Shown one piece after another: positions 42,808 through 53,600 of a DNA stretch of 64,000 nt. The notes under the pieces are model-generated. The model was not told where the DNA came from. It searched no databases and saw only the letters and a program-made list of their open reading frames with translations. Source of the DNA: an uncultured Actinomycetes bacterium (GTDB lineage Bacteria; Actinomycetota; Thermoleophilia; UBA2241). Position numbers and translations under genes: made by a program. The stretch spans positions 224,001 through 288,000 of the forward strand of contig CAVRZA010000004.1 in the NCBI GenBank assembly GCA_963725665.1, given 5' to 3'. The first letter of the stretch is position 1, and each line of letters opens with the position of its first letter.

Positions 42808-43149
42808 ATGAAGAAGATCGAAGTGTTCGTACAGCCGTACAACCTCAGTGACCTCGCGGAGGCGCTGGCGGTCGACGGCGTCGTGGGCATGAGCGTGACC
42901 GAGTGCAAGGGATTCGGCGTGCAGCGCGGCTTCACGCGCGGGGAGGAGCTCGCGCCGGGGGAGTTCCGCTTTCATCCCAAGATGAAGGTCGAGATGGTCG
43001 TCGAGGCCGACCAGGTCGAGAAGATCATCAACCGCATCAGGGAGTCGCTCAAGACGAGCGGTGTCGGGCAGGGCAAGATCTTCGTGCAGCCGATCGAGGA
43101 CGCCATCCGCACCCGCACCGGGGAGCGCGGCAAGGCGGCCATCAAGTAA
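42808..43149 (+). CDS. glnB: PII family nitrogen regulator (divergent T-loop)
   Basis: MKKIE, GFGVQRG, PKMKVEMVV, GKIFV, RTRTGERG. Confidence 0.88.
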   Translation: MKKIEVFVQPYNLSDLAEALAVDGVVGMSVTECKGFGVQRGFTRGEELAPGEFRFHPKMKVEMVVEADQVEKIINRIRESLKTSGVGQGKIFVQPIEDAIRTRTGERGKAAIK

Positions 43150-43216
43150 GAGCCGCTTGAAGCGGCAGCGGCGGGCGGGGCGATCGCGGGCGCAGCGCTC
43201 GGGCCGCGGTCGTAGG

Positions 43217-43260
43217 GAGATGCGCGACGGGCGCCCCGAGGGGCGCCCGTCGCGCATCTC
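43217..43260. terminator. Perfect 20-bp hairpin between convergent PII and trxA genes
   Basis: GAGATGCGCGACGGGCGCCC-CGAG-GGGCGCCCGTCGCGCATCTC. Confidence 0.75.
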
Positions 43261-43279
43261 CGTTCTGTGCGTCGGGACC

Positions 43280-43606
43280 TCAGGCGAGCTCGAACTCGCG
43301 CTCGAAGTCGCGCTTGCTGCGCGCCCCGATGACCTTCTTCACCGGTTGTCCTTTGTCGAAAAGGATGATGGTCGGGATGCTCATGATGCCGTACTTGCCG
43401 GCCGTCGACTGGTTCTCGTCGACGTTGAGCTTGCCGACCGTCACCTTGCCGGCGTGTTCACTGGCGATCTCCTCGATGATGGGACCGACAGTGCGGCACG
43501 GACCGCACCACGGCGCCCAGAAGTCGACGATGATGGGCGTCGCTGCGTCTTTGAGCTCCTGCTCGAAGGTCGCGTCGGTCAGGGTCTTGATGATCTCGCT
43601 CGCCAA
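43280..43606 (-). CDS. trxA: Thioredoxin
   Basis: DFWAPWCGPC, SIPT; AAGGAGG RBS; TTG start. Confidence 0.96.
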   Translation of the reverse strand: MASEIIKTLTDATFEQELKDAATPIIVDFWAPWCGPCRTVGPIIEEIASEHAGKVTVGKLNVDENQSTAGKYGIMSIPTIILFDKGQPVKKVIGARSKRDFEREFELA

Positions 43607-43651
43607 AGGTCCCTCCTTGTTCTCCGCCCCCGCTGGGCGGCTCTTGCCAGT

Positions 43652-44044
43652 CTAGACGCTCTCGATGACGGAGCGCAGCCGCTCGCCCACCTCCACGGCC
43701 ACGTCGCTCAACTCGGGATTGCCCACGAAGCCGAGCATGAGCTCGGGGTCGATGGCGCTCACTTTGGCGCCGCCTTCGCTCTCGTAGACGATGACGTTGC
43801 AGGGCAGAAGCAGCCCGATCTCGCGTTCGGCCGTCAGGGCGCGGTGGGCGAGCGGCGGGTTGCAGGCTCCGAGGATGACGTACTTGTCGCCCTCGACGCC
43901 CAGCTTCTCCTTCATCGTCGCCTGCACGTCGATCTCGCACAGGACTCCGAAGCCCTGCTCCTTGAGGGCGTCGCGCACGCTCGCCACCGTCTCGTCGAAC
44001 GGTCGCTGCACAAGCTTGCCGATGCCGTACGCCGCCGTGGCCAT
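43652..44044 (-). CDS. DUF302 domain protein
   Basis: GFGVLCEIDV, ILGACNP, IGLLLPCNV. Confidence 0.9.
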   Translation of the reverse strand: MATAAYGIGKLVQRPFDETVASVRDALKEQGFGVLCEIDVQATMKEKLGVEGDKYVILGACNPPLAHRALTAEREIGLLLPCNVIVYESEGGAKVSAIDPELMLGFVGNPELSDVAVEVGERLRSVIESV

Positions 44045-44082
44045 GATGCTGCCTCCTTCGCTGCCGGGGTTCGCAGGACAGT

Positions 44083-44098
44083 ATACCCCAGAGGGTAT
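44083..44098. promoter_or_regulatory. CsoR/RcnR-type operator ATACCC-CAGA-GGGTAT
   Basis: TAC-C-tract/G-tract-GTA palindrome upstream of DUF302-trxA. Confidence 0.65.
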
Positions 44099-44392
44099 CT
44101 GAGACAAGCGGCTCCCGCGTCACGAAGACGACCGGACGGAGAGAAGGATTGCCACGGCCGGAGGGCGCTAAACGGCGCCGCCGCCCGTTCGGGGGCCGAG
44201 CGCGCCGCTGCCGACGGTCCCTGGCATCGCTGCGCCAGGGTCTGCGGCGCAGATCTCGAGAGCTGTCGCGTCGCCTCGCAGAACTCGTGGCGTCGCTGCA
44301 GGGGCTCCGCTATTATTGGCAGTCCAAACGCTGCCCGGACGTGAGTGTCCGGGCGCCGTTCGACCCACGACCCGCGAGAAAGGCACAGCGCC

Positions 44393-46055
44393 GTGAGAAG
44401 CGACGAGATCAAGCGCGGTGTCCTGCGCGCCCCGCACCGCTCGCTGCTGCGCGCGCTGGGCGTGAGCGACACCGAGATGGAACGGCCCTTCGTCGGCATA
44501 GCCAACTCCTTCAACGAGGTGGTGCCCGGGCACATGCACCTGCGCGGCATCGTCGAGGCCGTCAAGGCCGGCGTGCGCCAGGCCGGCGGCACGCCGTTCG
44601 AGTTCGGGGTCATGGGCATCTGCGACGGCCTCGCCATGAACCATCGCGGCATGCTGTACTCGCTGCCGAGCCGCGAGCTGATCGCCGATACGGTCGAGTC
44701 GATGGCGGAGGCGCACGCGTTCGACGCCCTCGTGCTCGTGCCCTCGTGCGACAAGGTCGTCCCCGGCATGCTCATGGCCGCTGTGCGCCTCGACCTGCCG
44801 GCCGTGGTGGTGGGCGGCGGGCCGATGCTCGCCGGGCGCGCGGACGACGGCAGCGCGATCGACTTGAACACGGCCTTCGAGGCCGTCGGCCAGCACATGG
44901 CCGGCAAGATCGACGACGAGGAGCTCAAGGCCATCGAGTGCGCCGTCTGTCCGACGTGCGGGTCCTGTTCGGGGCTGTTCACGGCCAACTCGATGGGTTG
45001 TCTCACCGAGGTGCTGGGCCTCGGTCTGCCGGGCAACGGCACCATCCCGGCGCCGTTCTCCGAGCGGCTTGCGGCTCGCCAAGCGGGCAGGCGAGACGGT
45101 GATGCGCGTCCTCGCCGACGGCCTGCGGCCGCGCGACATCGTCACCGACGTCGCGATCGGCAACGCCCTCGTCGCCGACGCCAGCCTGGGCTGCTCCACC
45201 AACACCGTGCTCCACTTGGCCGCCATCGCCACCGAGGCGGGGCTCGACTTTCGCCTCGAGCGCATCAACGAGATCGCGGCGACGACGCCACACGTGTGCG
45301 CGCTCGCGCCGTCAGGCATCCATCACATGGAGGACCTCTACCGCGCCGGCGGCGTGCAGGCGCTCTGCCGGCAGCTCGTCGAGGCGGGGCTGATGGACGG
45401 TTCGGCGCGCACCGTGACCGGCCTCACTCTCGGTGAGGCCGTCGCCGGTGCGCGCGTCGTCGACCCGGCCGTCATCCACCCACTCGACGAGCCCTACCAC
45501 AAGTCGGGCGGCCTGGCCGTCCTGTTCGGCAACCTCGCTCCGTACGGGGCGGTCGTCAAGGAGTCTGCCGTCGACCACTCCATGCTGCGTCACAGCGGTC
45601 CGGCCCAAGTCTTCGAGTCGGAGGACGCGGCGGTGGCGGCGATCGCGGCCGACGAGATCCGCCGCGGCTCCGTCGTGGTGATCCGCAACGTGGGGCCGAA
45701 GGGCGCGCCGGGCATGCCCGAGATGCTCACGCCGACGTCGGCTCTCGACGGCCGCGGCCTCGACCGCGAGGTCGCCCTCATCACCGACGGGCGCTTCAGC
45801 GGCGCCTCGCGCGGCGCGGCGATCGGCCACGTCGCGCCGGAGGCGCAGGCAGGAGGGACCATCGGTCTCGTTGAAGACGGTGACCACATCAGCATCGACA
45901 TCCCGGCTCGCACGCTCACGCTGGACGTCGACGTGGAGGTACTCGAGCGGCGGCGCGCCGCGAAGCAAGCCGCGCCGCCGCGAGACCTCACGGGCTATCT
46001 CGCCCGCTACGTCAAACTCGTCTCCGGAGCGGAGAAGGGAGCGGTTCTCAGATGA
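44393..46055 (+). CDS. ilvD: Dihydroxy-acid dehydratase (+1 frameshift near 45070)
   Basis: [55 protein letters not shown]. Confidence 0.95.
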
Positions 46056-47755
46056 AAGGCTCGCAGGCGATCGTGAAGGCCCTCCAGGAGGAGGGCTGTG
46101 AGGTCATCTTCGGGTACCCCGGCGGGGTCGTCATCCCGTTCTACGACGCCCTCTTCGACAGCGACCTGCGTCACGTGCTGGTGCGCCACGAGCAGGGTGC
46201 GGCCCACGCCGCCGACGGCTACGCGCGCGCCACCGGCAAGGTCGGCGTCTGCGTGGCGACCAGCGGACCCGGCGCGACCAACCTCGTGACGGGCATCGCC
46301 AACGCCTACCTCGATTCGGTGCCGATCGTGGCCATCACCGGGCAGGTCAAGGCCGACCTGATCGGCACCGACGCCTTCCAGGAGGCCGACACGACCGGCA
46401 TCACCCTGCCGATCGTGAAGCATTCCTACCTCGTGACGCGCGGCCAGGACCTGCCGCAGACCATCCACGAGGCGTTCCACATCGCCGGCACCGGGCGGCC
46501 CGGGCCGGTGCTCATCGACGTCCCGGTGACCAGTCAGCTCGAGGACTTCGCCTACCGCAAGGCGACGCAGCTCGACCTGCCCGGCTACAAGCCGACGCTC
46601 AAGGGCCACACCAAGCAGATCAGTGCGGCGGCCAAGGCCCTGGCCGAGGCGCAGCGGCCGGTGCTCTACATCGGCGGCGGTGTGATCTCCTCCGGGGCCA
46701 CCGAAGAGCTGCATGGAGCTCGCCGACGCTGCTCGAGATCCCCGTGACCACGACGCTGATGGCCATGGGCGCGTTCCCCGAGACGCACCCCCTGTCGCTG
46801 GGGATGCTGGGCATGCACGGCACCGCCTACGCCAACTGGGCGGTGCACGAGTGCAGCCTCCTGGTCGCCGTCGGGGCGCGCTTCGACGACCGCGTGACCG
46901 GCAAGCTCTCGGCCTTCGCGCCCCAGGCCAAGGTGATCCACGTCGACATCGACCCGGCCGAGATCGGCAAGAACGTCGAGCCCCAGATCCCTATCGTCGG
47001 CGACGCCCGCCGCGTGCTCGCCGACCTCGTCGCAGAGCTCAAGGGCATGGAGCGTACGCCCGGCCTGACGCGCGAGTGGCTGGCGCGCATCGAGGAGCTG
47101 CGCGAGCAGCATCCGCTGGCCTACCACGACGAGGGCGAGGGCATCCCGCCGCAGTTCGTCGTGCAGGAGATCGACCGCGTCACCGGCGGTGACGCGGTCA
47201 TCGCCACCGACGTGGGGCAGCACCAGATGTGGGCCTGCCAGTACTTCCGCTACACGCAGCCGCGCCAGCTCGTGAGCTCCGGCGGCCTCGGCACGATGGG
47301 CTTCGGCCTGCCGGCGGCCATCGGGGCGCAGATCGGTCGCCCCGACAAGCAGGTCATCGACATCGGCGGCGACGGGAGCTTCCAGATGACGATGCAGGAG
47401 CTGGGCACGGCCATGGCGTACGAAGTGCCGGTCGTGGTCGCCATCCTCAACAACCGCTACCTGGGCATGGTGCGCCAGTGGCAGGACCTCTTCTGGAACA
47501 AGCGCTACTCGCACACCTACTTCGAGACACAGCCCGACTTCGCCAAGATCGCGCGAGGCCTACGGGGCCTACGGCGCCACGGTGACCGAGAAGGACCAGG
47601 TCGGCGACGCCCTGCGCGAGGCGATCAAGGACCCGCGGCCGGCCGTCATCGACTTCCACGTGCGCCAGGAGGAGAACGTCTACCCGATGGTGCCCTCAGG
47701 CGCCTCGATCATGGAGATGATCGGCGGCACGGCCGGGCGGAGGAAGAAGCCATGA
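46052..47755 (+). CDS. ilvB: Acetolactate synthase large subunit (insertions near 46713, 46729 and 47553)
   Basis: [48 protein letters not shown] spread across shifted frames. Confidence 0.93.
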
Positions 47756-48225
47756 AGCACACACTCTCGGTGCTGGTCGAGAACAAGCCCGGCGTGCTCA
47801 CGCGCGTGGCCGGGCTCTTCGCGCGGCGCGGCTTCAACATCGACAGCCTGGTGGTGGGGGAGAGCGAGGATCCCAGGCTCTCGCGCATGACGATCACCAT
47901 CGACGGCGCGGCACACCCCATCGACCAGGTGACCAAGCAGCTGCACAAGCTGATCAACGTGGTGAAGATCCGCGAGCTCGACCCGGAACACATGGTGGCC
48001 CGCGAGCTCGCGCTCATCAAGGTCAACGCGAGCGGCGCCACGCGCAGCGAGATCGTGCAGATCGTCGAGATCTTCGAGGCGAGGGTGGTCGATGTCGACA
48101 AGCGCACATTGACGATCGAGATGGCCTCGTCTCCCGGCAAACTCCTCGCGCTCCAGGAGATGCTGCAGCCATTCGGCGTCATCGAGATCGTGCGTACGGG
48201 CACCGTCGCCATCGCGCGCGGGTAG
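47752..48225 (+). CDS. ilvN: Acetolactate synthase small subunit
   Basis: [33 protein letters not shown]. Confidence 0.95.
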   Translation: MKHTLSVLVENKPGVLTRVAGLFARRGFNIDSLVVGESEDPRLSRMTITIDGAAHPIDQVTKQLHKLINVVKIRELDPEHMVARELALIKVNASGATRSEIVQIVEIFEARVVDVDKRTLTIEMASSPGKLLALQEMLQPFGVIEIVRTGTVAIARG

Positions 48226-48389
48226 AAGCGGCGGGGCGGCGGGGCCGAGGCTCGCCGCCCTTCAGCTCGGCCCCTAGCCTCGTGGCTACCGCCCCCTCGC
48301 CGCCGCAGGCGAGAAGCTGAAAGAACACGCCCAACCTGCCGATACGCTCCCAGACCGAACTCAAACGGTGCCTCCAGGAGGGAACGAGC

Positions 48390-48857
48390 ATGGCCAGTTG
48401 GCTCAAGTCGATCCTCAGGAATCCACAGCCGTCGGGCCCGCCGGAGACCGTGCGACAGTTCCTGACGAGCGACCCAACGCTGAGCCACGACGGCATCACT
48501 ATCGAGCAAGACAGCTGGGTGGTCGACTCGCGGGAGGAGATGACCGTCCGTCTCTTCGAAGTCCAGGCACCGCTGGTCGAGCAGTGCCTCCTCACCTACA
48601 GGGCGATGGTGAAGAGTGAAGACCTGGCCGGTCGCGCCTACCTGGAGATGTGGTGCCGCCTGCCGGGGCGCGGTGAGTTCTTCTCGAAGGGCCTCACTCA
48701 GGCCGTGAAGGGTACGACCGACTGGGGTTCTTACGAGACTCCCTTCTACCTCGAGAAGGGACAACGTCCCGATCTCATCAAGCTCAACCTGGTGGTCGAA
48801 GGCAGAGGGAAGGTCCGGATCAGGGACGTCGAGCTCCTCAAGACGCCGCTTCGCTGA
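48390..48857 (+). CDS. Hypothetical protein (beta-rich, carbohydrate-binding-like fold suspected)
   Basis: AGGAGG RBS; AYLEMWCRLPGRGEFFSKGL...GTTDW...TPFYLEKGQRPDLIKLNL. Confidence 0.75.
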   Translation: MASWLKSILRNPQPSGPPETVRQFLTSDPTLSHDGITIEQDSWVVDSREEMTVRLFEVQAPLVEQCLLTYRAMVKSEDLAGRAYLEMWCRLPGRGEFFSKGLTQAVKGTTDWGSYETPFYLEKGQRPDLIKLNLVVEGRGKVRIRDVELLKTPLR

Positions 48858-49191
48858 CGTTGCGGTTCGCCGCTTGATCCGCCGCGGAGGGCGGGTACAG
48901 GCAGCCGCTTCTTCGCTGGCGCTCTCCAGCCGACTGCACCCAGCAACACGGGCACGCTCACCGGGAGGGCGGTAACCACGCCGACCTGACCGACGTGTGA
49001 GCCCATGCCAGCGCCCTCCTTCGTGAGTGACACGTTCCCTCGCGCAACGGAGTCAGTTTGGCATTCGGCTTGAAAACGGGTATGCGAGGACGAGCGCCGA
49101 TCAAGGTCATATGTCGGCCGACCCGTCGGTCGCAGAGGGGCCCCATGGCTGATTGTGCGGGTCAAGAGATCCGACAAGTCGCCCGCTACGA

Positions 49192-49541
49192 AGTTGTGTA
49201 CGTCAAGTGGTGCAGAAGCTGATCGTGGCATGCGTGTGTGAGTCCTTGGGTCACGCGGCCTCTTCGATCACGCGCATCAGCTCCTTCTTCTGTTCGACCA
49301 GCAGCGCCATGTTGAGGTAGCGGTGTTCCTCGAGCCAGCCCTCGTGCGTCTCGACGGCGAGGGCGCGGATGAGGCGCAGGCAGCTCTCCTGGTTGGGGAA
49401 GATGCGCACCACGCGGGTGCGGCGGCGGATCTCCTCGTTGAAGCGCTCCATGCGAGTGGGTGGAGGAGAACATCGCCGAGACGCTTACCTTCTATCGTCT
49501 GCCCCGGGAGCACCACAAGCACCTCAAAAGCACCAACATGC
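49192..49541 (-). mobile_element. IS256-family remnant (3' end of transposase plus probable terminal IR; 91-bp internal inversion)
   Basis: ERFNEEIRRRTRVVRIFPNQESCLRL on the minus strand; the preceding segment CEWVEENIAETLTFYRLPREHHKHLKSTNM on the plus strand; IR-like AGTTGTGTACGTCAAGTGGTGCAGAA at 49192. Confidence 0.85.
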
Positions 49542-49544
49542 ACG

Positions 49545-50066
49545 GGTGGCGCGACCGCTCTCGCGCTCGGCGGTGCGGCCTTCGACCCCACGGCACTCTC
49601 GACCTACTGTCGCTCCGATGCCGGGAAGGGCGACAAAGGGTGCCAATACGGTCAGCGACCCGTGGATCCTCCTGCTCCACCGGCCGAGACCAGGCGGTCA
49701 TCTCCAGACTCGCGGATCAGGGCCATCGTCGCGATGGATCCGGCGGCAGGCCCTGGGCACAGCGCCGCCTCATTGGCCAAGGTGAACGACCCGGTATTGG
49801 TGATCGGCTCCGAAGACAACGATTTCCTGCCGTTCGACCGCCATGCCGGTCGCTACGCGGTCTTGCTCCCGAATGCGTCGCTCATCACGTTGCGCCGCGG
49901 CGAGGGACACTTCGTCTATCTCAACTCATGCCGGTCCGACGTGGCGGCGAACGGTGTGCCCCTCTGCGTCGATCGAAAGGGCGTGGATCGGGTTGCGGTG
50001 CATGCCTTCTTGGCGCCGAGAATCCTCGCCATTCTCACCTCTTCCTTCGCAGAGGGCGCCTGCTAG
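49545..50066 (+). pseudogene. 5'-truncated alpha/beta hydrolase (dienelactone-hydrolase-like)
   Basis: Begins at GGATAL, just after the expected nucleophile Ser; DSRIRAIVAMDP, GHFVYL; no start codon; abuts the IS fragment. Confidence 0.75.
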
Positions 50067-50224
50067 CGGGAGGTGCGCGTTCGCGCAGCGCGAAGGCCGG
50101 CTGGCCGCCCAAGACCGTGCAGACACGGCTTGCCGGCTGAGCTATCCTCGTCGGTGGGCGTGGTGCGCGCCGGTGCGCCGGACGTCCTGTCAGCCTTCTC
50201 GCAGGCACGCGCAAGGAGAGGGGA

Positions 50225-50746
50225 GTGGGCGGAAGTAACCGAGTCGACGTCGATATCCGACCGTGGTCGAAGGGCGACCTGCCCGTGCTCGAGCGCCTGC
50301 TGGGTGACCCGGTCATGACCGAACATCTCGGTGGGCCCGAGCCCCCGGAGAAGCTGCTCGAGCGCCATCGCCGCTACTGCCGGATCAGCGAGTCCGGCGA
50401 CGGGGGCACGTTCGTGATCGTTGTGGCCCCCAAGGGAGCCGCTGCCGGCTGGACCGGGTACTGGGAGACGGGGTGGCGCGGCCAGCTCGTTTGGGAGACC
50501 GGCTGGAGCGTGCTCCCGGAGTACCAGGGCCGAGGCGTGGCCACCAAGGCGACCAGGGTCGTGGTGGAGCGCGCACGTGCTGAAAGAAGACACCGGTTCA
50601 TCCATGCCTTTCCGTCGATCGATAACGGGTCGTCGAACGCCATCTGCAGGAAGGTCGGATTCGCTCTTCAGGAGGAGGTCGACATCGAGTACCCGCCGGG
50701 CCACTCCATGCGCTGCAACGATTGGCGTCTGGACCTGTTCGCCTAG
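50225..50746 (+). CDS. GNAT acetyltransferase (RimJ/RimL-like)
   Basis: ETGWSVLPEYQGRGVAT, NGSSNAICRKVGF. Confidence 0.9.
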   Translation: MGGSNRVDVDIRPWSKGDLPVLERLLGDPVMTEHLGGPEPPEKLLERHRRYCRISESGDGGTFVIVVAPKGAAAGWTGYWETGWRGQLVWETGWSVLPEYQGRGVATKATRVVVERARAERRHRFIHAFPSIDNGSSNAICRKVGFALQEEVDIEYPPGHSMRCNDWRLDLFA

Positions 50747-50835
50747 GCGGCCGTCTTGCTCCGCATAGCGAGGCAGGCCGAAACGACCGCGTCGGTAGGC
50801 CGCGCGGAGCGCTTTCGGCGCTGACGGGGACGAAC

Positions 50836-51258
50836 ATGGTGCTACTCCTGGTCCTGCTTATCTCCAGCTTGGTCGGTGTCGTCGCGGGCGGTTGCACGGC
50901 GGACCAGGGTGCGGAGATCCCTGCCGGCGACGTCGTCCTGGCGAAGGCGTTCGCGGATCACGCTCGCGATCTGCAGCTCGAGGGCCAAGGCACCGTCGTG
51001 CGGATCCTGAAGGACGACACCGAGGGGGGCCGGCATCAGCGGTTCGTCGTCCGGCTGGCGTCCGGACAGACGCTCCTCATCGCGCACAACATCGACGTCG
51101 CTCCGAGGGTCGCCGGCCTCAGTATCGGCGACAGCATCGTGTTCCGCGGCGTCTACGAGTGGAGCGTCGAGGGCGGCACGATCCACTGGACGCACCACGA
51201 TCCGGATGGCCGGCACGCAGCGGGGTGGATCCGCCACGACGGGCAAACGTACCAGTAG
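50836..51258 (+). CDS. DUF3465-like OB-fold lipoprotein
   Basis: Lipobox-like AGGC; DDTEGGRHQRF, AHNIDVAPR, IHWTHHDP. Confidence 0.82.
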   Translation: MVLLLVLLISSLVGVVAGGCTADQGAEIPAGDVVLAKAFADHARDLQLEGQGTVVRILKDDTEGGRHQRFVVRLASGQTLLIAHNIDVAPRVAGLSIGDSIVFRGVYEWSVEGGTIHWTHHDPDGRHAAGWIRHDGQTYQ

Positions 51259-51303
51259 TAGGGCAGCGCAGTCGCGGTGGCTGTCACGCCCTAGTGGGCG
51301 CGA

Positions 51304-52107
51304 TCACGGCCGCGGTCGCTCCGCGTTTGCCGCGGCCGCGTCGCAGAGGTACTGCGCCATTCCTGGGCGCAGCTTCTCGTACGTCGCCCTGAAACGAGGG
51401 TCGGTGACGTACATCCGGGCGAGCTGGGTGTGCATCTCGCGCGAGCACGGGTAGAACCACGAGTCGATCAGCAGGCGGTGGCGCTCCACCGCGTCCATCG
51501 CCCGCTGGCCGCTGGGTTTGACTCCCTCGTCCATGAGCGCCGCGATCGAGCTGCTGACCTCGTCGCTCTCGGACCTGAAGCGCGACCAGTCGTCCTTCGT
51601 GTAGCGCTGAGTCCGGCGCGTCGACGCCTCGTAGGCTTCGCTGCCGCCCCAACGCTCTCGGGCCTCTTGCTCGTGCGCTGATGGATCGAAGTCGCCGAAC
51701 ACCTCGAACATCTCGTCCTGTCGCATCTGTATGCCACCTTCCTGCGCCGCCAGCGTCTTGTCGATGAGGATGAGCATGGCCTCGAGCCGACCCGCCCGTC
51801 GCGCCAGCAGGTCACGCTGCGCAATCAAAGCCTCTCGGCGGTCGAACGCCGGGTCGGTCACGAGGGCGCGGATGTGCTCGAGGCCGAAGCCGAGCTCCTT
51901 GTAGAAGAGCACCTGCTGCAGCCGCTCGAGGTCCTCCGGCGTGTAGAGCGGCAGCCGCTCGAGGTCCTCCGGCGTGTAGAAGCGGTAGCCCCCTTCGCTG
52001 CGCCCTGAGGGCGCGAGGAGGCCGATCTCATGGTAGTGGTGCAGGCTGCGCACGCTCACGTGAGCGAGCCTCGCGACCTCGCCGACCTTGTACGACATCG
52101 TGTCCAT
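51304..52107 (-). CDS. MerR family regulator with TipAS domain
   Basis: YKVGEVARLAHVSVRSLHHYHEIGLL, GYRFY; C-terminal MYVTDPRFRATYE. Confidence 0.92.
   Translation of the reverse strand: MDTMSYKVGEVARLAHVSVRSLHHYHEIGLLAPSGRSEGGYRFYTPEDLERLPLYTPEDLERLQQVLFYKELGFGLEHIRALVTDPAFDRREALIAQRDLLARRAGRLEAMLILIDKTLAAQEGGIQMRQDEMFEVFGDFDPSAHEQEARERWGGSEAYEASTRRTQRYTKDDWSRFRSESDEVSSSIAALMDEGVKPSGQRAMDAVERHRLLIDSWFYPCSREMHTQLARMYVTDPRFRATYEKLRPGMAQYLCDAAAANAERPRP
51918..51980. repeat. 30-bp direct repeat (33-nt in-frame duplication) inside the MerR gene
   Basis: gcagccgctcgaggtcctccggcgtgtaga occurs at 51918 and 51951; protein reads YTPEDLERLPLYTPEDLERL. Confidence 0.9.
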
Positions 52108-52119
52108 CTCCGAGAGTGG

Positions 52120-52150
52120 AGGATAGACCCTCACGTTACGTGAGGGTCAA
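52120..52150 (-). promoter_or_regulatory. MerR-type promoter/operator
   Basis: TTGACC-N19-TATCCT with an 11-bp perfect dyad GACCCTCACGT-N-ACGTGAGGGTC. Confidence 0.9.
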
Positions 52151-52338
52151 GTCCTTCTCGACTGCGAACCCGCGAGCAACGCGGGCACGCGTTCGAGGCA
52201 GAGGAACGAGGGGAACGCTCAGCCCGACTGCAGGGATGGCCACAACAGGCCGCGGGCATCGATCGCGCGCCCCTGCAAGCGCCACGACGGGTTGGGAGTG
52301 ACCTCAGCGTCGCTCGGAGGCAGACGCAGGCACAGGAC

Positions 52339-53550
52339 ATGAGCGCCGCAGGATTCTCAGAGGCTCGTCTCGAGCGCATGAACGAGGTCATGGCCGGCCA
52401 CGTCGAGCGCGGCGACGTGCCCGGCCTCGTGACGGCGGTCAGCCGGCACGATGAGGTGCACGTCGCCGCGCTCGGGGCGACGGCCCTCGGGGGAGCCGAG
52501 CCGATGCGGCGTGACACCATCTTCCGCATCTCCTCCATGACGAAGCCGATCACGGCCGCGGCGACCATGATCCTTGTGGAGGAATGTCGGCTGCGACTCG
52601 ATGAGCCGGTCGATCGGCTTCTGCCGGAGCTGGCCGGGCGGAGGGTCCTGAAGCGACTCGACGGGCCGCTGGACGATACCGTGCCCGCGAAGCGTCCGAT
52701 CACGGTGCGCGACCTGCTGACCTTCCGTCTCGGCCTGGGCCTCATCATGGCGCCGCCGGGCATGTATCCGATCCAGCAGGCGGTCGCCGAGGCGATCGGG
52801 GCTGCGGGGCCCCCGAGTCCCTTGTCGCAGCCTGGGCCCGATGAGTGGATGCGTCGTTTGGGGACGCTGCCGCTCCTTCACCAACCGGGCGAGAGGTGGC
52901 TCTACAACACGGGGTCCGACGTCTTGGGCGTCCTGATAGCACGCGCCTCTGGCCGGCCGCTGGAGGCGTTCTTGCGCGAGCGCGTCTTCGACCCCCTGGG
53001 CATGAAGGACACGGGTTTCAGCGTGCCGGCCGCCAAGCTCGGCCGGCTGTCTACGAGCTACTGGACGAGTCCCGAGACGGGGGCGCTCGAGATCTACGAC
53101 CAAGCCGAAGACAGCCAGTGGGCGCGGACGCCGGCATTCCCCTCGGGTGCCGGAGGGTTGGTCTCGACCATCGACGACTACCTGGCCTTCGGCCGGATGA
53201 TGCTGAACATGGGCAGACTCGGCGGTGAGCGCATCCTGTCGCGGCTCTCGGTCGAGGCCATGACAAGCGACCAGCTGACCCCGCAGCAGAAGGCCATCTC
53301 GGGACTCGTGCCGGGCTACTTCGACAGTCACGGCTGGGGGTTCGGCGTGGCCATCGTCACCAGGCGAGACGACGTGGCCGCCGTCCCCGGACGCTTCGGA
53401 TGGGACGGCGGCCTGGGCACCTCCTGGTACGCGGATCCCCATGAGGACCTGGTCGGCACTCTGCTGACACAGCGAGCCTGGGAGTCCCCGAGCCCCCCGC
53501 CCGCCTGTCTCGACTTCTGGACCTCGGTCTACGAGGCGATCGACGACTGA
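52339..53550 (+). CDS. Serine hydrolase, beta-lactamase (AmpC-like) family
   Basis: FRISSMTK (SxxK), WLYN, PLGMKDT, GWDGGLGT. Confidence 0.92.
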   Translation: MSAAGFSEARLERMNEVMAGHVERGDVPGLVTAVSRHDEVHVAALGATALGGAEPMRRDTIFRISSMTKPITAAATMILVEECRLRLDEPVDRLLPELAGRRVLKRLDGPLDDTVPAKRPITVRDLLTFRLGLGLIMAPPGMYPIQQAVAEAIGAAGPPSPLSQPGPDEWMRRLGTLPLLHQPGERWLYNTGSDVLGVLIARASGRPLEAFLRERVFDPLGMKDTGFSVPAAKLGRLSTSYWTSPETGALEIYDQAEDSQWARTPAFPSGAGGLVSTIDDYLAFGRMMLNMGRLGGERILSRLSVEAMTSDQLTPQQKAISGLVPGYFDSHGWGFGVAIVTRRDDVAAVPGRFGWDGGLGTSWYADPHEDLVGTLLTQRAWESPSPPPACLDFWTSVYEAIDD

Positions 53551-53600
53551 GGATGTCGCGGCCGCCGCGTGGCTGTGGACGAAAGCGTGAGGTGAGCGAC

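Noticed and set aside
44100-44392. T-box or leader peptide before ilvD
   Set aside because: No T-box consensus and no branched-chain-codon-rich uORF found
46744-48225. Apparent IlvB-IlvN fusion ORF
   Set aside because: Artifact of the +1 insertion near 47553; the true ilvB C-terminus ends at TGA 47755, overlapping the ilvN ATG
48746-49231. Minus-strand 161-aa ORF beside the IS end
   Set aside because: No recognisable motifs; it spans the IS terminus and overlaps a better-supported gene, so at most a degraded fragment
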